Part shown: in pieces, positions 44,689-52,969 of the stretch
Numbering within the stretch: position 1 is the first letter of the stretch
Layout of the letters: every line of letters begins with the position of its first letter
Assembly: GCA_034420195.1 (NCBI GenBank)
Contig: DAOULO010000052.1
Span: forward strand, 323-64,322
Reading direction: 5' to 3'
DNA: 64,000 nt
Origin: Dehalococcoidales bacterium
Lineage (GTDB): Bacteria; Chloroflexota; Dehalococcoidia; Dehalococcoidales; RBG-16-60-22
Program-made: the position numbers and the translations under genes
Notes under the pieces: model-generated
Databases searched by the model: none
What the model was told of the DNA's origin: nothing
What the model saw: only the letters and a program-made list of their open reading frames with translations

Positions 44689-46182
44689 TTAAAATTCTTC
44701 GTCCTCCTCGATAACGAGGTCCCGGGTGCTCTTTCTGGCCTTGACGCCTTCTTCGCTGGTGTCCTTGGTATAGGCGCCCTTCTTTTTCTTCTTCGTCTTC
44801 GTCTTTGCCTTGCCGGCCTTGGTCGACTTACCGCGGCGGCCGGGCATGATGTCCTCGGCAAAGCGTATCTGCGCCTTGCCTTCGCCTTCGGCGCCTTCCA
44901 GGACGATGGGCGGCACGAAAATCTCGCTTTCGTCGATTACCTCTTCGGCAACGGGTTCCTCGGCCGCCTCGGTCTCGGCCTCCGCCACCACCGGCTCCGG
45001 CAGTTCGCCGGGCAGGGCCAGTTCGGGCGGTATCTCCTCGGGGGCGGGGGCCTCGGCGGCGGCTTCGGCGGCCTCCTCAACGACGGCTTCGGCTTCCTCT
45101 ACGGCCGCGGCGGCCGGGGCGGGCTTGGTGGCCTCGGTCTTTTCCGCCTCGGCCATGGAGGCGCTCTTGATATCAATACGCCAGCCGGTGAGCTTGGCGG
45201 CCAGACGGGCGTTCTGCCCCTCCTTGCCGATGGCCAGGGAGAGCTGACGGTCGGGTACGATGACGGTGGCGGCCTGATCCTCCTCGTTCAGCGATACGCT
45301 GACGATGTGCGCCGGGCTGAGGGCGTTGGCGATGAAGGCGGCCGTATCCGCGTTCCACATGACGACGTCAATCTTCTCGCCATTGAGCTCGCTGACGATG
45401 TTCTGGATGCGGATGCCGCGCAGGCCCACACAGCAGCCGACCGGGTCGATGCCTTCCTGCTTGGCGGCCACGGCAATCTTACTGCGGAAGCCGGCCTCAC
45501 GGGCGATGGATTTAATCTCGACGGTGCCATTGTAGACCTCGGGCACTTCCAGCTCGAAGAGGCGCCGCAGCAGCTCCGGGTGGGAGCGGGAGACGATGAC
45601 CCTGGGGCCTCGGGGGGTAGTGGCCACCTGTAGGAGCACCACCTTGAGCCGCTGGCCGACGCGGTAGCGCTCGGTGCGTACCTGCTCCGAGGGCGGCAGG
45701 ATGGCCTCGGTACGCCCCAGGTCGATGAAGGCCTGCCCGGCCTCGAAGCGCTGGACGACCCCGCTGACCACCTCGCCTTCCTTATCGGCGAATTCCTCAA
45801 AGATGGCGCTGTGCTCGGCCTCGTGGAGGCGCTGCAGAATTACCTGCTTGGCCGTCTGGGCGGCGATGCGCCCGGCATTGGCCGGCGTGGACTCCACCAT
45901 GACCGTCTCGCCCAGTTCGGCGTCTTCCTTGATGGCTTTCGCCTCTTTGAGCGAAATCTCGTTGAGGGGGTCGGCGGGCTTCTCGACGACGGTCTTTTCC
46001 GCCCATACCTCTACCTTGCCGCTGGCCGGGTTAATCTTGACGGCGATGTTCTGGTCGGCGCTGAAGTGGTCTTTCTTATAGGCCGATGCCAGCGCCGCCT
46101 CGACGGCGGTGAGGACGACGTCTTTCGGCAGATTTTTCTCCGCCGAAAGCTGCGTTATGGCGAGCAGGAAATCGCTCTTCAT
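44689..46182 (-). CDS. nusA: transcription termination/antitermination factor NusA (acidic then Lys-rich C-terminal extension)
   Basis: N-terminal domain, S1 and two KH domains. Start is likely ATG 46182 ([24 protein letters not shown] upstream); the track start at 46203 is the alternative. Confidence 0.92.
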   Translation of the reverse strand: MKSDFLLAITQLSAEKNLPKDVVLTAVEAALASAYKKDHFSADQNIAVKINPASGKVEVWAEKTVVEKPADPLNEISLKEAKAIKEDAELGETVMVESTPANAGRIAAQTAKQVILQRLHEAEHSAIFEEFADKEGEVVSGVVQRFEAGQAFIDLGRTEAILPPSEQVRTERYRVGQRLKVVLLQVATTPRGPRVIVSRSHPELLRRLFELEVPEVYNGTVEIKSIAREAGFRSKIAVAAKQEGIDPVGCCVGLRGIRIQNIVSELNGEKIDVVMWNADTAAFIANALSPAHIVSVSLNEEDQAATVIVPDRQLSLAIGKEGQNARLAAKLTGWRIDIKSASMAEAEKTEATKPAPAAAAVEEAEAVVEEAAEAAAEAPAPEEIPPELALPGELPEPVVAEAETEAAEEPVAEEVIDESEIFVPPIVLEGAEGEGKAQIRFAEDIMPGRRGKSTKAGKAKTKTKKKKKGAYTKDTSEEGVKARKSTRDLVIEEDEEF

Positions 46183-46220
46183 TTCCGACGCGAACCTCCG
46201 CATAAACTCGGGTTGTAGTA

Positions 46221-46248
46221 ATTAAAAAAGTGGGAATCAAACCCACTT
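46221..46248 (-). terminator. intrinsic-terminator-like hairpin in the nusA leader (candidate attenuator)
   Basis: Minus strand: AAGTGGG-TTTGATT-CCCACTT followed by TTTTAAT. Lies between the promoter (46281-46309) and the nusA start. Confidence 0.5.
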
Positions 46249-46280
46249 CACTACACAGCTATTCTTATCTTGGCAGCTTC

Positions 46281-46309
46281 ATTATAGCACTTTACCCCCG
46301 TTGATGCAA
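46281..46309 (-). promoter_or_regulatory. sigma70-like promoter (TTGCAT-N17-TATAAT) of the nusA operon
   Basis: Minus strand: TTGCAT (46304-46309) and TATAAT (46281-46286), exact 17-nt spacer. Confidence 0.65.
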
Positions 46310-46367
46310 GGAAAATACCATGAAAATTCTTTCATTATGAGGTATCGGTTATTTTACATAAGCTTAC

Positions 46368-46436
46368 ACCCCTCCCCCCTCGGAGATATCTATTCCCACC
46401 CAAGCCGCCCTGTATCATCGGTGGCTTAGCCCGTAG
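46368..46436 (-). repeat. intergenic repeat, short singlet
   Basis: CTCGGAGATATCTATTCCCACCCAAGCCGCCCTGTATCATCGGTGGCTTAGCCCGTAG; core at 46385-46401. Confidence 0.85.
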
Positions 46437-46449
46437 TTTTCCTCCTCTT

Positions 46450-47340
46450 TTATCTCAGCGCCGCATCGAAGAAGGCGGCCACTTTATCCATATACTCGCC
46501 GGGTGCGGTATTATATGCCTGCACGTGGTCGGCGCCGGGGACAATCCAGAGCTCGTCATCGGGATTGGCGGCGGCCTCGTAGAGCTGGTGGGCGTTGGCC
46601 ACCGGGACAAAGGTATCGTCGCCGCCGTGGATGAAGAGGATGGGGCGGGGGGCGATAGCGGCCACCGCCGCCACCGGCTTGACGGCGGCGAAGTCCACGC
46701 CGTAGATTAGCTTAACTCCGAAGAGCACTGGCTTTAAGAGAAACTCGGGGAAGCCGGAACGCTCCTTGAACTCGCGCCCCATGATGCCGGTCAGGTCGGC
46801 AAAGGAGCTGTCGGCCACCACCGCCTCGATGGTGTCGTCGCCGGCGGCGGCCAGGAGCGTCGCGGCGGCCCCCATGGAGAAGCCGAGCACGCCGACGTGC
46901 TCGGCGCCGCGCTCCCGGGCGTAGTCCACCGCCCCCAGCAGGTCGCGCTGCTCGTAGTAGCCGGCGGAAATCCGGTCGCCGTCGGACGCGCCGTGGCCGC
47001 GCAGGTCGAACATGAGGACGTTATAGCCCCGGTCGATAAAGGCCGAAGCGATTGCCAGCATGCCCACGCCGGGGTCGGCGCGGTTGGAGCCGTTACCGTG
47101 CACCATGACCACCGTCCGCCGGCTGTTGCCGGCCGGCAGGAGCCAGCCGCGCAGGGTGAGGTTGTCCTCGCGCGAGACGAACTGCACGTCCTCGTAGTCG
47201 CGGTGCAGGTCGGCGGGGCTGCCCTCTACAGCCACCCGCTCCGCCCGCGTTATCGACGCGCCCAGGTAGACCGAGATGCCCACGAAGGCAATCAGGATGA
47301 CGACGATAAAGGCGATGATTAGCTTGAGCCACCATTTCAT
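46450..47340 (-). CDS. alpha/beta hydrolase with N-terminal membrane anchor
   Basis: GFSMGAA nucleophile elbow, HG oxyanion motif (MVHGNGSN), and an N-terminal TM helix. Confidence 0.8.
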   Translation of the reverse strand: MKWWLKLIIAFIVVILIAFVGISVYLGASITRAERVAVEGSPADLHRDYEDVQFVSREDNLTLRGWLLPAGNSRRTVVMVHGNGSNRADPGVGMLAIASAFIDRGYNVLMFDLRGHGASDGDRISAGYYEQRDLLGAVDYARERGAEHVGVLGFSMGAAATLLAAAGDDTIEAVVADSSFADLTGIMGREFKERSGFPEFLLKPVLFGVKLIYGVDFAAVKPVAAVAAIAPRPILFIHGGDDTFVPVANAHQLYEAAANPDDELWIVPGADHVQAYNTAPGEYMDKVAAFFDAALR

Positions 47341-47520
47341 ACCGAAACTATCCTTACGGAGGATTTTTCACCGGAACGAGCCGGTGAAGAGACCATTTCA
47401 TTATATTATGATTGCGAGCTTTGTCAATAAATGGCGAGACTATTGTCTTTGTCTTTCCTTGCCGTGGCCTGTATAATAAATGATGTGCCCGTAAAACAAT
47501 CGCCCCTCAGGCAAGGTAAA

Positions 47521-48699
47521 ATGGTACGCGATATCGGCAAGCTCAAGGCCGCCGTGGCCGGGGAGGTCGGCGCCCGCTACAAGGCGCTGGCTGACCTGAG
47601 CCGGAAGCTGTACGAAAACCCCGAGACGGCCTTCGAGGAGAAGCAGGCGGCCGCCCGGCTGACGGCGTTCCTGGAGGGGGAGGGGTTTAAGGTTACGCGG
47701 GGAATCTGTAAGCTGCCCACGGCCTTCCGGGCGGACTACGGGCGGGGGAAGCCGGTCATCGCTTACCTGGCCGAGTACGATGCCCTCCCCAAGCTGGGAC
47801 ATGCCTGCGGCCACAACCTCATTGCTGCGGCCTCGGTCGCCGCCGGGGTGGCGGCCAAGCGGGCGGTGGCTGAACTGGGCGGCAGCATCCGCGTCTTCGG
47901 CACGCCCGGCGAGGAGCTTTTCGGCGGCAAGGCCATCATGGCCGAGCGGGGCGCCTTTAAAGACATTGACCTGGCGATGATAACCCATCCCGGCGGGGGC
48001 CACCGTGTCGTGGCCAACACCCTCACCTGCCAGACGCTGGACGTGGCCTTTAAGGGGCGGGCGGCCCACGCTGCCGCCGAGCCGGAGGCGGGCATCAACG
48101 CCCTGGAGGCGATGATTCAGTCCTATAACGCCATCAACTCGCTCAGGCAGCACATCCGGGAGAAGGAGCGTATCCACGGCGTCATCACCGACGGCGGCGA
48201 GGCGGCCAATGTCGTCCCGGCCCATACCGCCGCCACGTTTATCGTCCGCGCCGAGACGGACAGCCATCTGGAAGCGCTCAAGGCAAGGGTGCTGGACTGC
48301 TTCACCGGCGCGGCTGTGGCCACCGGCGCCGAGCTTACGTATAAGTGGGGCGAATACTACGCCGCCATGACGAGTAATCTGACCCTGGCCCGTCTCTTTA
48401 AGAAGAATCTGGAGGCGCTGGGCAGGCGCATCCCCCTGGGCGACGCCAGCCTCTGGGCGGGCAGTACCGACGTCGGTAATGTCTCACGCCTGGCGCCGAC
48501 CATCCAGCCGCTGGTGGCCATCGCCCCGGAGGATGTCATGCTGCACTCCCCCGAGTTTGCCACCGCGGCGGCCACTGATGATGCCCTGGATATCATGCTC
48601 GATGCCGCCCGGGCCATGGCGATGACGGCCGTGGACGTGCTGGCCAGCCCGGAGACATGCGAAAAAGCCCGGGAGGAATTTCGCAGGGCGGATAAATGA
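47521..48699 (+). CDS. M20-family amidohydrolase/peptidase
   Basis: LPKLGHACGHNLIAA metal-binding region. Start at ATG 47521 (MVRDIGKL). Confidence 0.8.
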   Translation: MVRDIGKLKAAVAGEVGARYKALADLSRKLYENPETAFEEKQAAARLTAFLEGEGFKVTRGICKLPTAFRADYGRGKPVIAYLAEYDALPKLGHACGHNLIAAASVAAGVAAKRAVAELGGSIRVFGTPGEELFGGKAIMAERGAFKDIDLAMITHPGGGHRVVANTLTCQTLDVAFKGRAAHAAAEPEAGINALEAMIQSYNAINSLRQHIREKERIHGVITDGGEAANVVPAHTAATFIVRAETDSHLEALKARVLDCFTGAAVATGAELTYKWGEYYAAMTSNLTLARLFKKNLEALGRRIPLGDASLWAGSTDVGNVSRLAPTIQPLVAIAPEDVMLHSPEFATAAATDDALDIMLDAARAMAMTAVDVLASPETCEKAREEFRRADK

Positions 48700-49679
48700 A
48701 AATCTATCTGGGTATCGATGTCGGCTCGGTGACCACCAAGCTCGCCGCCCTCGGCGGGGCGGACGACCTGCTGGCCAGCCTTTACCTGCCGACGGAGGGA
48801 CGCCCGCTGGCCCAGGTTCTGGCGGGGCTGCAGCAAATGGAGGCCGAACTGCCGCCGGAGGCCAGCGTGGCCGGGGTGGCCGCCACCGGCAGTGCCCGCG
48901 ACCTGGCCGGGGCCGTCGTCGGGGCCGATTTAATTAAGAACGAGATTACCTGCCAGGCGGTGGCGGCGTTATCCCGCGTCCCCGCCGTGCGCACCGTCAT
49001 CGAAATCGGCGGGCAGGATAGCAAGATTATCATCATCCGCGACGGTATGGTGGCCGATTTCGGCATGAACACCGTCTGCGCCGCCGGTACCGGCTCCTTC
49101 CTCGACCACCAGGCGGCCCGCCTGGGGATGGCGATTACCGAGCTATCGCGCCGGGCGTTTCAGGCTAAAGCGCCGGTCAATATCGCCGGGCGCTGCACCG
49201 TCTTCGCCGAGTCGGAGATGGTAAGCAAGCAGCAGACCGGCCGCGACGTGGACGGCATTATCTACGGCCTCTGCCGGGCGCTGGTGCGCAATTATTTAAG
49301 CGATGTCGCCGCCGGCAAGGAGCTCGCCCCGCCGGTGGTCTTTCAGGGCGGGGTGGCCTTCAACCGGGGCATGGTGCGGGCCTTTGAGGAAGAGCTGGGC
49401 ACCGAGATAATCGTGCCGCCCCATCACGAGGTCATGGGGGCCATCGGCGCGGCGATGCTGGCCCGTGAGCACGCCGAAGCCGGTGATGTCAGCCGTTTCA
49501 AGGGCTTTGAAATCAGCCAGAGAGACTACCGGACGGTCTCGCTGGAGTGTCGGGTCTGCCCGGCGGGCTGTGAAATCGTCCGCCTTAAAGAAGGCGGGCG
49601 GGCCGTGGCCGCCTGGGGAGGCCGCTGCGACCGCTGGCAGGAAAGTCCGGTTAGCGAGGAAAGTCGTGAGATTGTATGA
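48696..49679 (+). CDS. BadF/BadG/BcrA/BcrD-type ATPase (2-hydroxyacyl-CoA dehydratase activase-like)
   Basis: MKIYLGIDVGSVTTK, NTVCAAGTGSFLD and GRCTVFAESEM motifs. C-terminal CRVCPAGC...C. ATGA overlaps on both sides. Confidence 0.75.
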   Translation: MKIYLGIDVGSVTTKLAALGGADDLLASLYLPTEGRPLAQVLAGLQQMEAELPPEASVAGVAATGSARDLAGAVVGADLIKNEITCQAVAALSRVPAVRTVIEIGGQDSKIIIIRDGMVADFGMNTVCAAGTGSFLDHQAARLGMAITELSRRAFQAKAPVNIAGRCTVFAESEMVSKQQTGRDVDGIIYGLCRALVRNYLSDVAAGKELAPPVVFQGGVAFNRGMVRAFEEELGTEIIVPPHHEVMGAIGAAMLAREHAEAGDVSRFKGFEISQRDYRTVSLECRVCPAGCEIVRLKEGGRAVAAWGGRCDRWQESPVSEESREIV

Positions 49680-50695
49680 AAATCATCGTTGACGCCGCCG
49701 GGGGCGACTACGCCCCCCACGAAACGGTCAAAGGGGCACTCCAGGCCGTCCAGGACTACGGGGTGGAGATTGTCCTGGTAGGGCGCCAGAGCGTCCTGCG
49801 CAAGCTGGCGTCGAAAGCCGTCACCAATACGGGCATCACCATCGTCGACGCCCGTCAGGTGATTGATTTCAACGAGCACCCCAGGAAGGCCCTGCAGCGC
49901 AAGCCGCACTCTTCCATCGTCGTCGGCATCAACCTGCTCAAGGAAGGCGGCGGCGACGCCTTCGTTTCGGCGGGGAACACCGGCGCGGTGGTATTGGCGT
50001 CACTGCTGACCCTGGGCAAGACCAACGGGGTCAGCCGGCCGGCCATCGGCTGCCTGCTGGACGAGCTAACCGCCTACCCGGTGCTGCTGGTGGACGCCGG
50101 AGCCAACGCCGACTGCCGCCCCGAGCACCTGCTGGAGTTCGCCCGGCTGGGCTCGCTCTACAGCCGCTACCTGTTGAAAATCGACAAACCGCGCGTCAGC
50201 CTGCTCTCTAACGGGGTTGAGGAAGGCAAGGGCAACCGCCTGGCCGTGGAAACCTACAAGCTCCTCAAGGAGGCCAAGGACCTGCACTTTACCGGCTATA
50301 TCGAGGGGCAGGAGCTGGCCAAAAAGACGACCGACGTCGTCGTCACCGACGGTTTCACCGGCAATATCGTCCTCAAGACCATCGAAGGTTTCAATGATAA
50401 CTTCCTGGCCTCGGTCAAGCAGATAGGGCACGTCTTTTCCAGCGCCTCGCGCCTGCGCGGCCGCGACCTGCTCCGCGACATCGGGCTGGACTCCTGGGCG
50501 CAGAAGATGGACTATACCGAGTACGGCGGGGCCTGCCTGCTGGGGGTCAACGGTAATGTTGTCATCGCCCACGGGCGGAGCCAGGCCCGCGCTATCCGCA
50601 ACGCCATCGGCCTGGCCAGGGAGACGGTGGAGCGCCGCATTTTAGAGAAACTAAGGAAGGAAGGAAAGCCTCATGAGCAAGCCAGTGGAGATTGA
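49676..50695 (+). CDS. plsX: phosphate acyltransferase PlsX
   Basis: 339 aa; MKIIVDAAGGDYAP start and TDGFTGNIVLK motif. Confidence 0.92.
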   Translation: MKIIVDAAGGDYAPHETVKGALQAVQDYGVEIVLVGRQSVLRKLASKAVTNTGITIVDARQVIDFNEHPRKALQRKPHSSIVVGINLLKEGGGDAFVSAGNTGAVVLASLLTLGKTNGVSRPAIGCLLDELTAYPVLLVDAGANADCRPEHLLEFARLGSLYSRYLLKIDKPRVSLLSNGVEEGKGNRLAVETYKLLKEAKDLHFTGYIEGQELAKKTTDVVVTDGFTGNIVLKTIEGFNDNFLASVKQIGHVFSSASRLRGRDLLRDIGLDSWAQKMDYTEYGGACLLGVNGNVVIAHGRSQARAIRNAIGLARETVERRILEKLRKEGKPHEQASGD

Positions 50696-50996
50696 AGAAG
50701 CCAAATTCAAGGAGAAGGTTCTGGACGAAAAGACGCCGGTGCTGGTCGATTTTTGGGCGCCCTGGTGCGGGCCGTGCCGCATGGTGGCCCCCGTCGTCGA
50801 GGAGCTGGCCGAGGAGTACGACGGTAAGGTCAGCTTCGTCAAGGTCAACGTCGACGATAATCCCAAAATCGCCGGGCAATACGGCGTGATGAGCATCCCC
50901 ACCCTGATTATCTTCAAGGCCGGCCAGCCGGTGGCCAATGTCGTCGGCTTCCGCCCCAAGGCCGAGCTCAAGAAGAGCCTCGACGCCGCGCTTTAA
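50673..50996 (+). CDS. trxA: thioredoxin
   Basis: 107 aa; WAPWCGPC active site. Confidence 0.95.
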   Translation: MSKPVEIEEAKFKEKVLDEKTPVLVDFWAPWCGPCRMVAPVVEELAEEYDGKVSFVKVNVDDNPKIAGQYGVMSIPTLIIFKAGQPVANVVGFRPKAELKKSLDAAL

Positions 50997-51029
50997 CGCC
51001 GGAATAGTCTCCCTTAATAGGGCGTAACC

Positions 51030-51140
51030 CTTTCATTTTCCGGTTGGTGGGGTAAAGGGGTGGTAGCAATCTGTGGGCTAAGCCCTGGATGCACCGAGGG
51101 TGACTTGGGTGGGAATAGATAACTCCGAGGAGGGGAGGGG
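51030..51140 (+). repeat. intergenic repeat between trxA and trxB
   Basis: ...GGTTGGTGGGGTAAAGGGGTGGTAGCAATCTGTGGGCTAAGCCCTGGATGCACCGAGGGTGACTTGGGTGGGAATAGATAACTCCGAGGAGGGGAGGGG; core at 51107-51123. The G-rich tail doubles as the trxB SD. Confidence 0.85.
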
Positions 51141-51146
51141 TATAAA

Positions 51147-52073
51147 ATGAGTGAAACCAAAAAAGAATACGATATCATCATCATCGGCGGCGGGCCGGCG
51201 GGGCTTACCGCCGGTATCTATACCGCCCGCGCCAGGCTGGCCAGCCTCCTCATTGAAAAAGGCGCCATCGGCGGGCAAATCATCAACTCCCTGGCCGTGG
51301 AGAACTACCCCGGCTTTGCCACGGCCGTCAGCGGCATCGACCTCACCCAGGCCATGCACCAGCAGGCGACCAATTTTGGCCTGACGACCGTCTCCGCCGA
51401 GGTCACCGCCGTCAAGACCTCCGGCAAGAAGAAAATCGTGACTACCTCCGATGGCGACTATACCGCCGGGGCGGTCATCATCGCCGGCGGCTCGGAGCGC
51501 CAGAAGCTGGGCATCCCCGGCGAGGCCGAGTTCACCGGCAAGGGCGTCTCCTACTGCGCCACCTGCGACGGCGCCTTCTTCCAGGACAAGGACGTGGCGG
51601 TGGTGGGGGGCGGCAACGCCGCCCTCACCGAGGCCATCGAGCTCACCAAGTTCGCCTCGAAAGTCACCGTTATCCACCGCCGCAACGAGCTGCGCGCCAC
51701 CAAAATCCTCCAGGAAAAGGCCTTTGCCGCAAAGAAGATAACCTTCCTCTGGGACAGCGTGCTGGAGGAAATCAGCGGTGATGACTTCGTGACGGGCCTC
51801 ACCGTGAGCAACGTCAAGACGAAGCAGCGAACCAAGCTGCCCGTGGCCGGGGTCTTTATGGCGGTGGGCTTTAAGCCCAGCACCGGCTATCTCCAGGGGG
51901 TCGTCAAGCTGGACGAACTGGGGACGGTGATTGTCAGCGAGCGGATGGAGACCAGCGTCCCCGGCATCTTTGCCGCCGGGGATATTCGTAGCCAGTCGAT
52001 ACGCCAGGTGGTGGGCGCCACCGGCGATGGGGCTATCGCCGCCATCAGCGCCGAAAAATATCTCGGCGAATAG
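51147..52073 (+). CDS. trxB: thioredoxin-disulfide reductase
   Basis: GGGPAG FAD motif, CATCDG redox centre and GGGNAA NADPH motif. Confidence 0.95.
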   Translation: MSETKKEYDIIIIGGGPAGLTAGIYTARARLASLLIEKGAIGGQIINSLAVENYPGFATAVSGIDLTQAMHQQATNFGLTTVSAEVTAVKTSGKKKIVTTSDGDYTAGAVIIAGGSERQKLGIPGEAEFTGKGVSYCATCDGAFFQDKDVAVVGGGNAALTEAIELTKFASKVTVIHRRNELRATKILQEKAFAAKKITFLWDSVLEEISGDDFVTGLTVSNVKTKQRTKLPVAGVFMAVGFKPSTGYLQGVVKLDELGTVIVSERMETSVPGIFAAGDIRSQSIRQVVGATGDGAIAAISAEKYLGE

Positions 52074-52107
52074 CAAAAATAATTACCTCGCCGAGCCCGT
52101 CGGGGTG

Positions 52108-52138
52108 TTGACGGCAATTCTTGGCGGTTTAGTATAAT
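52108..52138 (+). promoter_or_regulatory. candidate promoter of rplI-dnaB operon
   Basis: TTGACG 52108-52113 and TATAAT 52133-52138. The 19-nt spacer is long; TAGTAT with a 16-nt spacer is the alternative. Confidence 0.4.
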
Positions 52139-52165
52139 GGCAGTAATCACCCAAAGGAGTCACTT

Positions 52166-52966
52166 GTGAAGGTTATTTTTCTCGAAGATGTCGCCGGTAT
52201 CGCCCGGGCCGGGCAGACCCGGACGGTGGCCGATGGCTACGCCCGGAACTACCTCCTGCCGCGCCAGCTGGCCGTTCAGGCCAGTTCCAAGGCCTCGACG
52301 CAGCTTGAGGCGCAGCTACGCCGCATCGCCCAGCGGCAGGCCCAGGAAGAGGTCGAACTGGCCGAGTTGGCCGAAAAGCTCACCGGCACCCAGATTACCG
52401 TTAAGGCCAGGGTCGGCGAGAGCGACAAGCTCTACGGCTCGGTGACCGCCGCCGATATCGCCGCCGCTCTGGAGGGGCCCGCCGGGCGTGAGATAGACAA
52501 GCGCAAGATTGAGATTGCCGAGCCCATCCGCCACCTGGGCACGCATGAGGTGACCGTCCGCTTCCTCCACGATATTACCGCTGCCATTAAGGTGGTCGTT
52601 GAGGCCGAGGCAGTCGCCGAGAAACCCGAAGAGGCGGAGAAGAAACCCAGGGCCAAAGCGGAGGCCGCCGCAGAGGCAATGGCCGAGGAAGCCGTAACCG
52701 AAGCCCCGGTGGAAGAAGCTACTGCGGAAGCCCCGGTTGAAGAAACTGCCGCGGAAGCGACTGCCGAGCCAGCCGCCGCGGAGGAAGCGGCGGCGGAGAA
52801 GAAGACCAAGACGAAATCCAAGGCCGCGGCCAAGCCGGAGAAGAAGACCAAGACCAAAGCCAAGGCCAAGGCCGAAAAGCCGGAGAAAAAGACCAAAGTC
52901 AAGGCGGCCAAGAAGACCAAGAAGGCCGCCGCCAAAGACACGAAAGCAGCCCCAGAGGAGGCCTAA
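52166..52966 (+). CDS. rplI: 50S ribosomal protein L9 with about 118-aa Ala/Glu/Lys-rich C-terminal extension
   Basis: MKVIFLEDV...GYARNYLLP L9 N-domain and a full L9 fold to about aa 148, then AE-rich and KTK-rich low-complexity tail. GTG start. Confidence 0.9.
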   Translation: MKVIFLEDVAGIARAGQTRTVADGYARNYLLPRQLAVQASSKASTQLEAQLRRIAQRQAQEEVELAELAEKLTGTQITVKARVGESDKLYGSVTAADIAAALEGPAGREIDKRKIEIAEPIRHLGTHEVTVRFLHDITAAIKVVVEAEAVAEKPEEAEKKPRAKAEAAAEAMAEEAVTEAPVEEATAEAPVEETAAEATAEPAAAEEAAAEKKTKTKSKAAAKPEKKTKTKAKAKAEKPEKKTKVKAAKKTKKAAAKDTKAAPEEA

Positions 52967-52969
52967 GCG

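Noticed and set aside
46203-46450. A missing rimP gene or a small ORF in the AT-rich gap upstream of nusA.
   Set aside because: No ORF of meaningful length is present. The gap is better explained by a promoter, a leader hairpin and a repeat copy.
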